DNA of 64,000 bases from an uncultured Chloroflexia bacterium (GTDB lineage: Bacteria > Chloroflexota > Dehalococcoidia > UBA2979): NCBI GenBank assembly GCA_963728205.1, contig CAVSIV010000006.1, forward strand, positions 1,312,001-1,376,000, in the 5' to 3' direction. Both the position numbers and the translations under genes were made by a program. How positions within the stretch are numbered: position 1 is the first letter of the stretch; the number at the start of each line of letters is the position of its first letter. Positions 48,951 to 58,577 of this stretch are shown piece by piece. The notes under the pieces were generated by a model. It had not been told where the DNA came from, ran no database searches, and saw only the letters and a list, made by a program, of their open reading frames with translations.

Positions 48951-48984
48951 CTTGTTCAAGGATAGCAACAATTCCTTGAACAAG
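48951..48984 (-). promoter_or_regulatory. Perfect 12-bp inverted-repeat operator over the Fic promoter
   Basis: CTTGTTCAAGGA-10 bp-TCCTTGAACAAG; minus strand has extended -10 TGCTATCCT and RBS AAGGAGG. Confidence 0.7.
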
Positions 48985-49099
48985 TGATGGCGCTGGTCAG
49001 GCTTCCACGCCAGGACGGGCGCCGCGGCGGCGCTCGCGACCGGCACCGCGATCCTCGAGCGGAAGGAGGAGCGGCGCTTGCCTCAAACGGTGGTCTGGG

Positions 49100-51223
49100 T
49101 CAAGGCCACGTCCTGATGAGTTCCGCCCAGGCCGGCTGAGCGCCTTTCATGACGGCGTGGAGTGCGCGTTCTTGTACTCGCCTCGTGCGCTGCCCGCGCC
49201 GGCTCCCGCTTGTGATCGTGACGTGGGCGGAATCGGACTGGATCGGCAGAATGATGCACTAGCTCAACCACTTACTCGCGACGGGGAGTGCCCGTCGGAA
49301 TACTCCGTTGCGAACCCAGTTCCCCCCATCCGGGACAGGTCGCCGAGCGGGAGTGGCAGTTGCGTACGCGAGCGCGAGCTTCGCGTGCGACCGGAGTAGC
49401 CCTTAGCAAGGAGCTCGTTGAAGACATCTAGCGCCAGCACCCGTGCGGTCGGGTCACTCAGCGCCGGATCTTGGAAACGCAGGCACCGCCCGCTCCCCCC
49501 TCAGGCAAAGTCCGGTCCGAGCGCGGCGCGCCATCGAATGGGGGATCGCGATCCTGTCCCGGTCACGGAAGAAGCGTGCGAGGACGGTTGGGCGGCTAGC
49601 GCGTCGACCGCGCAGCCCGACAGAGAACAGAAAATCGAACACCGCTGAGTTGGCGGGAAGATCGCGGCGGCCGCCAGGACCCACCCAGCCGAGAGTGCTG
49701 TGGCGGCGAGCAGGAGAGCTGCGTAGCGGGCAAGGTCTGGCTCCGCGTGTTGTGTGAGTTCCTCGAGCAGAAGCCGGAATCCGGTCGAGTCGACGCGGAT
49801 CTCCACTGAACACGCGATGGATTGCCTGACTAGCCGCGAGCGAGTTGTCGGCAGCTTTAATCAACGCATTGCCCGTTCTGTCGATCGCCGCCTCGCCCTG
49901 AACAACAAACTCGGGAGACCGACAGCCGTGCGCCCCGCTCTACGCACTCCGACTCTGCACTCCGTAGTGCTGCCCGATAGCGGCGAACGTCCGAAGTTGG
50001 CTCGCAGACATCGAGCGCATCTGTCAGGTCGGCGACGGTGAGTGAGTCGGGCGGCCGGGCCGCTAACGCGGTCTCGATCGCGTCCGCTGCGACGACATGC
50101 ATAGGGAACCGCTGGAGGTATTACCCCCACCACCCACGAGAGGTGGGGGTGGTCGACCAAGAGCCACTCGTCGCAGTGTGAAGGATGTCTTTGCGAGGAT
50201 TCAGACGGAGCAGTGAGTAGCGGAACTTCGAGTCGCTCTCAACTGTCCACGCTGGGCCGGTCCACTTCACCGATGAGCGGAACGCCGTGCGCAGTTCGCG
50301 CTGGGCGCGCCGCTCGTCCGAGCCGGGCGCCTCTAGGCGCAGTAGACCGCTCGCGACGCCCTCGTCGAAGTCCTCCTCCCGGTCCACCCGGCGAACCGTC
50401 TCGCTCCAGCCCTTCGGGGTAAGTCCGAGCCGACGTGCACCGACTTCCAGGAGACGGCAGCGCCCTTCGAACGTCTCGGCCCTCCTCTCCGAGCACGACG
50501 ATGTCATCGACGTACCTGGCGTACGTGACTGGACCGACGTCAACTTCATCAATCTCGAACAGCAAGAGTTCAGCAAGGATGCTGGAGGTCTCAGGTCCTT
50601 TGGGGGAGGCCGAACCCTCGTTGGCTATTCGGTGTCTCGCTCGTCCATCGCTCGAGGCACGCTAGCAAGAGGTTAGAAATCTTGAGAGATGTACCGCGAC
50701 AGGCGCCGCCTCAAGAGCGAATGGTCGACCGTATCGTAGAAGGACACAAGGTCGAAATCACCGCGGTATCGGAGATCCTTCCCGGAACGACTTCTTGAGG
50801 GTGTCTATATAGTGTCGATATCCAACGCGCCATGGCTTGAAGAATTGATTTGTTTGACGCCCAGCTAATATCCCGCTGAAGCGTCGCGTATAGGCCAGCC
50901 GAGTTTGTTGTGATGCGACCTGATCGCCAACGAGATTGCCAATCGCTTGGTAGACGTGCTGGTCGCGCAACGTGAGCATCGTGATTGGTAGGAGAAGGCC
51001 GCCAGACGCCTTCGGCATGAACTGAACAACCGGCGTCGTTGGCGCGAAGACTTCCCGGCATACATGCAACGCCAGCGCATGGGACACTTCCGGGCGCTCC
51101 GGCTAGGTATGCAGAGAGCATCGGTTCGTAGAGCGATTTGTAGTCAAGATTCGCGCCGAACTGCATCCTCTGGAGTGCCAGGTCGAAGTTCGTGTCGCGC
51201 GTAAATCGAGCCTCGAGAGCCAT
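49100..51223 (-). CDS. Reverse transcriptase (UG/Abi-like) with long C-terminal extension, multiply frameshifted as sequenced
   Basis: Manual stitching: FMPKASG..LPITML..DQHVYQAI; DFDLVSFYDTVDH (~50720-50760); GFGLPQ/GPETSSILAE (~50570-50615); YARYVDDI (YVDD 50503-50514); ends AWAELIRTWP*. Confidence 0.85.
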
Positions 51224-51265
51224 TGGGATTCCTATCGCCGTGACTCGGTCGTGAGCTGCGTCGAT

Positions 51266-51274
51266 ATCCTATCA
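51266..51274 (-). promoter_or_regulatory. Candidate extended -10 promoter for the RT
   Basis: Minus strand TG-A-TAGGAT ~42 bp upstream of ATG; AGGA RBS. Confidence 0.4.
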
Positions 51275-51321
51275 ACAGACTTGTCCTCGTATGCCGCAGG
51301 CGGATACCGTCATCGGCGACA

Positions 51322-51830
51322 ATGACTGATGAACGGCTTCCGTCGCGTGTCCCCGACTATGAGCCTCTCCTCACGGAGGGAATGCACTACCGCACGCTCG
51401 ACGAGCTGCGGGACCGCTGCGTTGCCACCTTCCCCCTTTCGTCAACCCGGCCCGGGCTGATGGCGAACCTTGACTCCGCGATTGCTAGACTGAATTCTGC
51501 CGGTGTGCCGGGTGAGGTGTTGATCGATGGCAGTTTCCTCACGGCGAAGATTGATCCCGCTGACGTCGACCTCGTGCTCCGAACGTCGGCGATGTGGTTT
51601 GAGAACGATGCGACGCCGGAGCAACGCGAGGCCGTCGAGCGATTCGACGCGGGCCTGCGGGACTCCGAGCACCTTGACGCGTACTACTTCTGCATTGGCC
51701 GGCGGAGCATCGGGTATGGGCACTCGGAGAAGCCGAGCGACAGAGCTGGACGAGGACGTTCGGCTTCAGCCGTGAGCCGCACCGGACGCCCAAAGGCATC
51801 GCCATAGTCAGGCTGACGGCAACACCATGA
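51322..51830 (+). CDS. Pol-beta-like nucleotidyltransferase (DUF6932-like), frameshift ~51690
   Basis: LIDGSFLTAKIDPADVDLV (GS..DxD), third Asp LDAY; shifted frame gives WTRTFGFSREPHRTPKGIAIVRL. Confidence 0.75.
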
Positions 51831-52767
51831 GCGAGCTCTCGTCAATCCAGGAAGACCTCATCGCGGCTCGTGAGCGCCTCTTCGCCATCAATCGCGCGAT
51901 CGCCCAGCACCCCGACTTCGGCAGCCCTCGTCTCTATGGCGCGCTCAGTTCGTCATCGGGCGGAGGCTCTGGAGCGCGAATTCTTGGACGCGGCGTCGGA
52001 TGCGGGTGTCGATGTCTGCCGTTACCAAGTGTTCTTGGCCGACGATGGTCCGCCGAGAGTTCAAGCGGTCAGCCGGGTTATAGATACATTCCAAACGTTG
52101 GTCACGACGGTTTATGCATCAATTCAGAATCGTGCGACGCGGGGTGTGGCCGGTCCGCTTCCGAAGGAGGCGGTAGACGCCACGTCATTCGGGCTTGGGT
52201 ACGTGTTCGTTGGATGCCGTTGGCATGGCGCTGACGATTCGGAACGAGCGGAACCTCTTCGGCGACTCTGCTCTCGACGACGCCATGGGCTTGGTGTTCG
52301 AGATGGCGAGATCAGACGCGCCGGCGCAACTTGCGAGCTTCGCCCAGCGGTTGGGTCCGCGGACCGTTCGCGCGCTCTATAACTGGACACGCTCACATCA
52401 GGCGAATGGGGTCGGCGTCGATATTCAGTGGCGCCGCGCGGAGACGCTGCGCGCGCGGCTCCTCATGCAGACGCCCGAGATAGGCAAGCTAGTGGCCGCC
52501 ATCGAGGCAGCCGGTGAACTGACCAGCGAATCGGTCACGCTGTCGATTCTATTGGTTGGAATTGATGCGGAGCGGAGCACATTCCATGCGCGGACGGATA
52601 ACGGAGACGGAATGACAGGAACTATTGGTGCGGATCTATCGCTTAGTAATCCCGCCCACGTTCCGGGACGCTACACGGCACATTTAACGCGACAGGTATA
52701 CCGACAATATTCGTATGAGGAAGATGTCGTTACGTGGGCGCTCGACAGCCTCGAGCCAGTGTCCTAG
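51827..52767 (+). CDS. Hypothetical ~310-aa partner of the nucleotidyltransferase, frameshifts ~51930 and ~52205
   Basis: ATGA overlap with upstream gene; three ORF pieces (51827, 51870, 52195) join into one plausible protein. Confidence 0.7.
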
Positions 52768-53235
52768 GCCCGCCGCGGGCACGGCGCCGCACCGAGTTCT
52801 CCTCGCTCCCACTGGACTTAGCGTCGGCCCGGTGACATCAGGGCGAGCATCGCGGTCTCCCCACCCTCCGTCACCGACCTTCCGGGACCACCACGTACAG
52901 CCGCGATACGCCGGTAATAGCAGAGAAGCTCCCGGCGACGATCGCGCCGAGCATCGTCAGCACGGCCAGCGCAACTACAAGCTCGCGCGGGGCGAGATTG
53001 CCGGTCGCGGTTCCATGCGCGCGATCGTACGGCGGCGTGAAGCAGCTCGGCGGTCAATAGCGAGACGCGCGGGTATGCGCGAGGCCGGACAGGGCGAGCC
53101 TGTTCCATGAAGGCGGGTCAGGGTTCATCGCGAGCGGCGCGGGGGGGAATACCGTGCCGCTCGCCGTCGAGCCGGCTCGGGCAGATGCGTGCCCCAGCGT
53201 GCGGCCACGCCGCCGTCCCCATAACCTGAAGGACC

Positions 53236-54813
53236 ATGATCTTCGCGGAAGACGTCCAGAAGTCGTTCGGCGGCGACGATGTGCTCGCCGGTGTCACCTT
53301 CTCCATCGGGGACGGCGAGCGCGTGGGGCTCGTCGGGCCCAACGGGAGCGGGAAGTCCACGCTCCTGCGCATCATCGCGGGGCAGTCGGCGCCCGACCGC
53401 GGCCGCGCCGGCCACCGCGGCGGCGACCTGGAGTTCCTGCGCCAGGAGGCGGGGCTCGACGACGACCTCCCGCTCGTCGAGGAGATGTGGAAGGCGTTCC
53501 CCGAGGCCGTCGCCGTCCAGGCGCAGCTCGACGCCGTCGCGGGTCGCCTCGAGCGCGGCGAGGGCGACCTCGACGCGCTGATCGAGGAGCAGGCCCGCCT
53601 CTTCGAGCGCTTCGAGGCGCTCGACGGCTACCGCGTCGAGAAGCGCATCGGCCGCGTGCTCGCCGGCCTCGGCTTCGCCCCCACCGACCACGAGCGCCCC
53701 TGCGGCGATTTCTCCGGTGGCTGGCAGATGCGCGTCGCGCTGGCGAAGGTGCTCGTCGACCGCCCGCAGCACATCCTGCTCGACGAGCCGACGAACCACC
53801 TCGACGCCGCCGCGCGCGACTGGCTCGGCGACGAGCTGTCGGAGTACCCGGGCACGGTGCTGCTCGTCACGCACGACGGCGCGTTCATGGACTACGTGGT
53901 CACGCGCGTGATCGAGCTGCGCGACGGCGGCGCCGAATCGTACACCGGCAACTACAGCGACTACCAGCGCCAGAAGGCCGAGCGCATCCACGCGGTCGAC
54001 CAGGCTGCGGCACGCCAGGAGCGCGAGCTGACGCGCCAGCAGAAGTTCATCAACCGCTTCCGCGCGACGGCGACGAAGGCCACCGCGGTGAAGAGCCGCG
54101 AGAAGGCGGTCGCGCGCGTGCAACGCGTGGAGCGCATCCGCGAGGAGGGCGAGGTCCACTTCCGGCTGGAGTCGGCCGGGCGGACGGAGCTGGACGTGCT
54201 GCGGGTCGAGCACGTGGGCTACGAGTACGAGGACGGCCACCCGGTGCTGGTCGACGTGAACCTGCACGTCGAGCGCGGGCAGAAGGTCGTGCTGATCGGC
54301 CCGAACGGCGGGGGAAAGTCGACGCTGCTGCGGATCCTCGCGGGGCGGCTCGAGCCGCTCGAGGGCCTGGTGGAGTGGGCGCCGCGGGCGCGTCGCGGCT
54401 ACTACGACCAGCACCAGGACGAGGCGCTCGAGCGCTCGCGGACGGTGCTGGAGGAGGTGCGCACGGCGGCGGGCCCGGAGCGGCCGGACGGCGCGCTGCG
54501 CGGCGTGCTCGGCCGCTTCCTCTTCACCGGCGACGACGCGATGAAGCCGGTGGCGGTGCTCTCCGGCGGCGAGCGCAGCCGGGTGGCGCTGGCGAAGTTC
54601 CTGATCCAGCCGTCGAACGTGCTGCTGCTCGACGAGCCGACGAACCACCTGGACATCACGACGCGCCGCAAGCTCGTCGACGCACTGGACGCGTACGACG
54701 GCACGATCATCTGCGCGAGCCACGACGAGGCGATCGTGGACAAGGTGGCGACGCGCGTGTTCGAGGTGCAGGCAGGGGAGGTCCGGGAGCTCGAGGAGCG
54801 GCGGCGGCTGTAG
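53236..54813 (+). CDS. ABC-F family ATP-binding protein
   Basis: Two NBDs: GPNGSGKST/FSGGWQMR/LLDEPTNHLD and GPNGGGKST/LSGGERSR/LLDEPTNHLD; no TM domain. Confidence 0.95.
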   Translation: MIFAEDVQKSFGGDDVLAGVTFSIGDGERVGLVGPNGSGKSTLLRIIAGQSAPDRGRAGHRGGDLEFLRQEAGLDDDLPLVEEMWKAFPEAVAVQAQLDAVAGRLERGEGDLDALIEEQARLFERFEALDGYRVEKRIGRVLAGLGFAPTDHERPCGDFSGGWQMRVALAKVLVDRPQHILLDEPTNHLDAAARDWLGDELSEYPGTVLLVTHDGAFMDYVVTRVIELRDGGAESYTGNYSDYQRQKAERIHAVDQAAARQERELTRQQKFINRFRATATKATAVKSREKAVARVQRVERIREEGEVHFRLESAGRTELDVLRVEHVGYEYEDGHPVLVDVNLHVERGQKVVLIGPNGGGKSTLLRILAGRLEPLEGLVEWAPRARRGYYDQHQDEALERSRTVLEEVRTAAGPERPDGALRGVLGRFLFTGDDAMKPVAVLSGGERSRVALAKFLIQPSNVLLLDEPTNHLDITTRRKLVDALDAYDGTIICASHDEAIVDKVATRVFEVQAGEVRELEERRRL

Positions 54814-54930
54814 GCCGCTACCTGCGCGCCCGGCGGACGCGTCCGCCGGCGGCGCACCGCACGCGTCCCGCGTGCGGCTACCGTTGCGGACCGCCGGTTG
54901 TGGCCGGCCGCGTGGGCTCGTGCCCCCGCC

Positions 54931-55055
54931 CGCCAAAGCGGCGGCAGACATGCCGCCGACAGGTCCGCGGCCGCGAGCCGCGTCCCCGCCGCGCGGGGCC
55001 CGCAGCGACCTGGTGGTCGCGATTTGTCGGCGGCATATCTGCCGCCGCTTTGGCG
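54931..55055. repeat. REP-like family A inverted doublet
   Basis: CGCCAAAGCGGCGGCAGACATGCCGCCGACA and inverse TGTCGGCGGCATATCTGCCGCCGCTTTGGCG. Confidence 0.88.
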
Positions 55056-55130
55056 CGGGCGGGCCCGCGCGGCCGCGGCGCCTGCCGCGGTCGTACACTT
55101 CGCCTCCATTTCGCGGCGTGAGGCAGGTTC

Positions 55131-56213
55131 GTGCGCCAGGAAGTCCGCTTCGCGATCTCCGCCGACGGCACGCGGCTCGCCTGGGCCCGCCATGGCTCGG
55201 GGCCGCCGCTGCTGCGTGTCGCCACGTGGCTGACCCACATCGAGCACGACTGGGAGAGCCCGATCTGGTCGCACTGGCTGGAGGCGCTCGGCCGGCGCTT
55301 CACGGTCATTCGCTACGACGAGCGCGGCTGCGGCCTCTCCGATCGTGAGCCGCGCGACTTGTCGCTGCAGGCCTGGCTGGCCGACGCCGAGGCCGTCGCC
55401 GACGCCGCAGGTCTCGAACGCTTCGCCCTGCTGGGCCTCTCGCAGGCCGGAGCGGTGGCGACGGCCTACGCGGCCGCGCATCCCGAGCGCGTGTCACACG
55501 TGATCCTCTGCGGCGCGTACGCGCGCGGGCAGCTGCGACGGGGCGACGTCGAGACCGCGCGCGAGAACCTCGAGCTGAACCAGTCGGTCATGCGGCTCGG
55601 CTGGGGCCGTGCGAACCCGGCGTTCCGCCGCACCTTCACCTCGCGCTTCGCTCCGGACGCGAGCGCCGAGCAGTTGAGCTGGTACGACGATCTCGCACGG
55701 CGTTCCACCAGCCCGGAGATGGCCGTCCGGCTGTCCGCCGCGCGGGCCGAGATCGACGTGACCGACGTCGCGCCCCTGGTCCGTGCACCCACGCTGGTCG
55801 TGCACGCCGGCGGAGACGAGGCCGTGCCGTTCGAGGAAGGTCGGCGCCTCGCGGCCCTGATCCCCGACGCGCGCTTCGTGCTCATCGACAGTCGGAACCA
55901 CATCCTGTTGCCGGACGAGCCGGCATGGACGACGTTCCTCGCGGCGATTGATGAGCTCACGGGCGGCCGGGCTGCGCCGTCGACCTCTGAGCGGTCGCCG
56001 GCGATCCGGCTCGCCGCGCGGGAACTCGAGGTGCTTCGCCTGGTCGCGGCCGGCTGCTCGAACGACGAGATCGCGGGCCGCCTCTACCTCAGCGTCCGCA
56101 CGGTCGAGCGACACCTGGGCAACATCTACGCCAGGCTCGGGCTCACCGGGCGCTCCGCACGCGCGGCCGCGGCCGCGCAACTCGAGCAACTCGAGCGAGA
56201 GGTTGGCGGTTAG
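55131..56213 (+). CDS. Alpha/beta-hydrolase-LuxR HTH fusion regulator
   Basis: [46 protein letters not shown]. Confidence 0.92.
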   Translation: MRQEVRFAISADGTRLAWARHGSGPPLLRVATWLTHIEHDWESPIWSHWLEALGRRFTVIRYDERGCGLSDREPRDLSLQAWLADAEAVADAAGLERFALLGLSQAGAVATAYAAAHPERVSHVILCGAYARGQLRRGDVETARENLELNQSVMRLGWGRANPAFRRTFTSRFAPDASAEQLSWYDDLARRSTSPEMAVRLSAARAEIDVTDVAPLVRAPTLVVHAGGDEAVPFEEGRRLAALIPDARFVLIDSRNHILLPDEPAWTTFLAAIDELTGGRAAPSTSERSPAIRLAARELEVLRLVAAGCSNDEIAGRLYLSVRTVERHLGNIYARLGLTGRSARAAAAAQLEQLEREVGG

Positions 56214-56351
56214 CCGCCGCTCCCCGGCGTCCACCTGGCGGGTACCCCCGATGCCGGGCGCTTCGCTCGCGCGCACTCTGCGCGCAGCAGCACGACGAGG
56301 CCGGCGCCGCCGTCCGCAGTCGTGCGTGACTGACACGGAGGGGGAGAAGCG

Positions 56352-56570
56352 ATGCCACTGATCCAGGTCAAGGTGATCGAAGGGGTGTTCTCGGACGCCC
56401 AGAAGAGCGAGATCGTCGGCAAGCTGACCGACGCCATGGTCTCGATCGAAGGCGAGAACCTGCGCCCGGTCACGTGGGTGCTCGTCGAGGAGGTCAAGAG
56501 CGGCGACTGGGGAATCGGCGGTCGGGGCCTGGCGGCAGCGGACGTGCAGGCGATGGCGGCGGGCGGCTAG
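56352..56570 (+). CDS. 4-oxalocrotonate tautomerase family protein
   Basis: N-terminal catalytic Pro (MPLIQV), QKSEIV..LTDAM, WGIGG. Confidence 0.93.
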   Translation: MPLIQVKVIEGVFSDAQKSEIVGKLTDAMVSIEGENLRPVTWVLVEEVKSGDWGIGGRGLAAADVQAMAAGG

Positions 56571-56637
56571 GAACAGCGCCCGGCGAGCCGGTCTCCCCGG
56601 GCGGTGAGAGTCGGCGCGGACAGCAAGGGAGAGCGAC

Positions 56638-57594
56638 ATGCACGGCGCGGGCGCGGTTCGGGGCGTCGAGTTCGATTCCCAGGGGATCCTGCTGCGCGGC
56701 CGACTGTACGAGTCGGCCGCGCGGACCCCCGCGCCCGCGCTGATCATGGCGCACGGCTTCAGCGCGACGATCGACGGCATGGTGGCCGACCGCTACGCCG
56801 AGGCGTTGCAGGCGGCCGGACTGACGGTGCTGCTCTACGACCATCCGTATCTCGGGCGGAGCGGCGGCGAGCCGCGGCATCGGATCAGCGCCTGGCGACA
56901 GGCGCGGGGCCTCATCGACGCGTTCGCGTTCCTCGCGCGAGAGCCGGGCGTGCTGCCCGATCGCATCGGCTTCTGGGGCGACAGCCTGAGCGCCGGGGTC
57001 GCGATGCTCGCCGCGGTGGCCGAGCCGCGGGTCGCGGCACTGATCGCGCAGGTGCCATCCTGCGGCGGCGACGTGCCGCCGGCGGCACCCGACGGCGACG
57101 AGGACCGCGCCGACCGCGCCTACGCCGAAGCGGTTCGCGAAACGCTGGCGCGCGACCTTGATGCCGGGGCCTTCGACGAGCGACCGGAGCGGCCGGTCGT
57201 GGCGGCCGACCAGCTTGCGCAGCCCTCGTGGCTGGAACCGCTGAGCGCCTTCCGCTGGTTCGTGGAGTACGGCGGCCGGTTCGGAACCGGCTGGGCGAAC
57301 CGGGCCACGCGCGCCGAGCCGGCGGGGGCCCCCGCGTACCTGCCGGTGCGCTGCGCCTCCCAGCTGCGGATGCCGGTGCTGTTCGTGGTCGCGCGCAACG
57401 ACGAGATGCCCGGCAGCCGCGAGGACGTTGCCCGGGACACGTTCGCCCGGCTGGCAGGGGAGAAGGAACTGCTCGAGATCGAAGGCGGCCACTTCGGCCT
57501 GCTCCACCACCCGAGCGCGATTTTCGATCAGGTGGCCGCGGCGCAGGCGTCGTTCGCGCGGACACACCTCGCGTACTCGGCTTCGCCGGTGTAA
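56638..57594 (+). CDS. Alpha/beta-hydrolase (S15/FrsA-like)
   Basis: MAHGFSAT, GRSGGEPR, WGDSLSA, GGHFG. Confidence 0.88.
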   Translation: MHGAGAVRGVEFDSQGILLRGRLYESAARTPAPALIMAHGFSATIDGMVADRYAEALQAAGLTVLLYDHPYLGRSGGEPRHRISAWRQARGLIDAFAFLAREPGVLPDRIGFWGDSLSAGVAMLAAVAEPRVAALIAQVPSCGGDVPPAAPDGDEDRADRAYAEAVRETLARDLDAGAFDERPERPVVAADQLAQPSWLEPLSAFRWFVEYGGRFGTGWANRATRAEPAGAPAYLPVRCASQLRMPVLFVVARNDEMPGSREDVARDTFARLAGEKELLEIEGGHFGLLHHPSAIFDQVAAAQASFARTHLAYSASPV

Positions 57595-57631
57595 CCGGCG
57601 ATCCCAGGCAGTTCGAGCTTCGAGGGACTGC

Positions 57632-57652
57632 CGGCGGCCCGTCTGCCGCCGC
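57632..57652. repeat. Degenerate REP-like family A copy
   Basis: CGGCGGCCCGTCTGCCGCCGC between convergent genes. Confidence 0.5.
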
Positions 57653-57682
57653 GTCGGCGTGGCCGCTATCCGGCTCGAGCCG

Positions 57683-58318
57683 TCACTTCCACGTCACTAC
57701 CTCCTCCAACGGCCGGCGCACGGCCGGCCGGAAGTCCTCGCCGGTGTAGTACGCCACCGGCAGCAGCGGGCCCTGCTCGAGCTCGGGAGGCAGCCCCAGC
57801 ACCTCCGCCACCTCGTCCGCGCGCTCGAGGTGCGTGGTGGTGATGGCGGCGCCGAGCCCGCGGGCGCGCGCGGCGAGCATGAACGACCACACGGCGGGGT
57901 ACAGCGAGCCCCAGTAGCCGGCCTCGGAGAGCGCGGGGCCGCGGTAGACGTGGTCCATGCAGGCGAGCAGCAGCACGGGAACGTCGCCCATGTGGTCGGC
58001 GAGGACGTCCTCGGCGGCCTCGTTGCGAGCGCGGCGGCGCGAGCGGGGGTCGTCGTCGGCGTAGCGCATGGGGTCGCCCTCGACGCGGTAGGCGCGGAAG
58101 ATCTCGCCGTAGATGGCGCCGACGCCGCGCCGCAGCTCCGGGTCGGTGATCACGACGAAGTGCCACGCCTGCGCGTTCGTGCCGGTGGGGGCCTGGGTCG
58201 CGACGCGCAGGCACTCCTCGATCAGCGCGGGCGGGACGGGGCGCGCGAGGTCGAGCCGGCGGCGCACGGTGCGCGTGGTCGTGAGCAGGCGGTCGACCGT
58301 GGCGAGGTCGAAGGGCAT
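57683..58318 (-). CDS. Nitroreductase family protein
   Basis: LLTTTRTVRRRLD, APTGTNAQAWHF, WSFMLAARARGLG. Confidence 0.92.
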   Translation of the reverse strand: MPFDLATVDRLLTTTRTVRRRLDLARPVPPALIEECLRVATQAPTGTNAQAWHFVVITDPELRRGVGAIYGEIFRAYRVEGDPMRYADDDPRSRRRARNEAAEDVLADHMGDVPVLLLACMDHVYRGPALSEAGYWGSLYPAVWSFMLAARARGLGAAITTTHLERADEVAEVLGLPPELEQGPLLPVAYYTGEDFRPAVRRPLEEVVTWK

Positions 58319-58370
58319 GGGCGGCTCCGATCGGTGGCGGAGGTGAGTGTAGGTCGCGCGGCCGACCGGC

Positions 58371-58498
58371 CGCCAAAGCGGCGCCAGACATGGCGCCGAC
58401 AGGGACGCGGCGCGAGCCGCGTCCACCCGTGGCGGGCGGCACCTGTCGCAACCTGCCGGTCGCGGCCTGCCGGCGGCATGTCTGCCGCCGCTGTGGCG
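58371..58498. repeat. REP-like family A inverted doublet with compensatory stem change
   Basis: AGCGGCGCCAGACATGGCGCCGAC 58377-58400 and GCCGGCGGCATGTCTGCCGCCGCT 58469-58492. Confidence 0.85.
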
Positions 58499-58577
58499 GG
58501 CCGGTCGGCCGCTGCGGGCCAACGCCGACGTGACGGTCCAGCCCTGGCGCCGTGCCGCCGGCGCGCCTGTGCTCGCC

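Larger units (their letters stand above)
46353..52770. other. Lower-GC accessory island, probable defence island
   Basis: Visibly more A/T-rich than flanks; carries HTH/Fic pair, Fic, RT, NTase pair; no integrase seen; boundaries approximate. Confidence 0.7.

Noticed and set aside
51224-51321. Retron msr/msd or DRT ncRNA upstream of the RT
   Set aside because: 98-bp divergent gap with a candidate promoter about 42 bp from the ATG and no long inverted repeats
46343-52760. GAGCCAGT direct repeat near both island edges as target-site duplication/att site
   Set aside because: Only 8 bp, both copies fall within coding ends, plausible by chance, and no recombinase nearby
52818-53108. ORF or pilin-like fragment (ELVVALAVLTML) at island right edge
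   Set aside because: Hydrophobic frame lacks a start codon and prepilin cleavage motif; 96-aa ORF has no recognisable features
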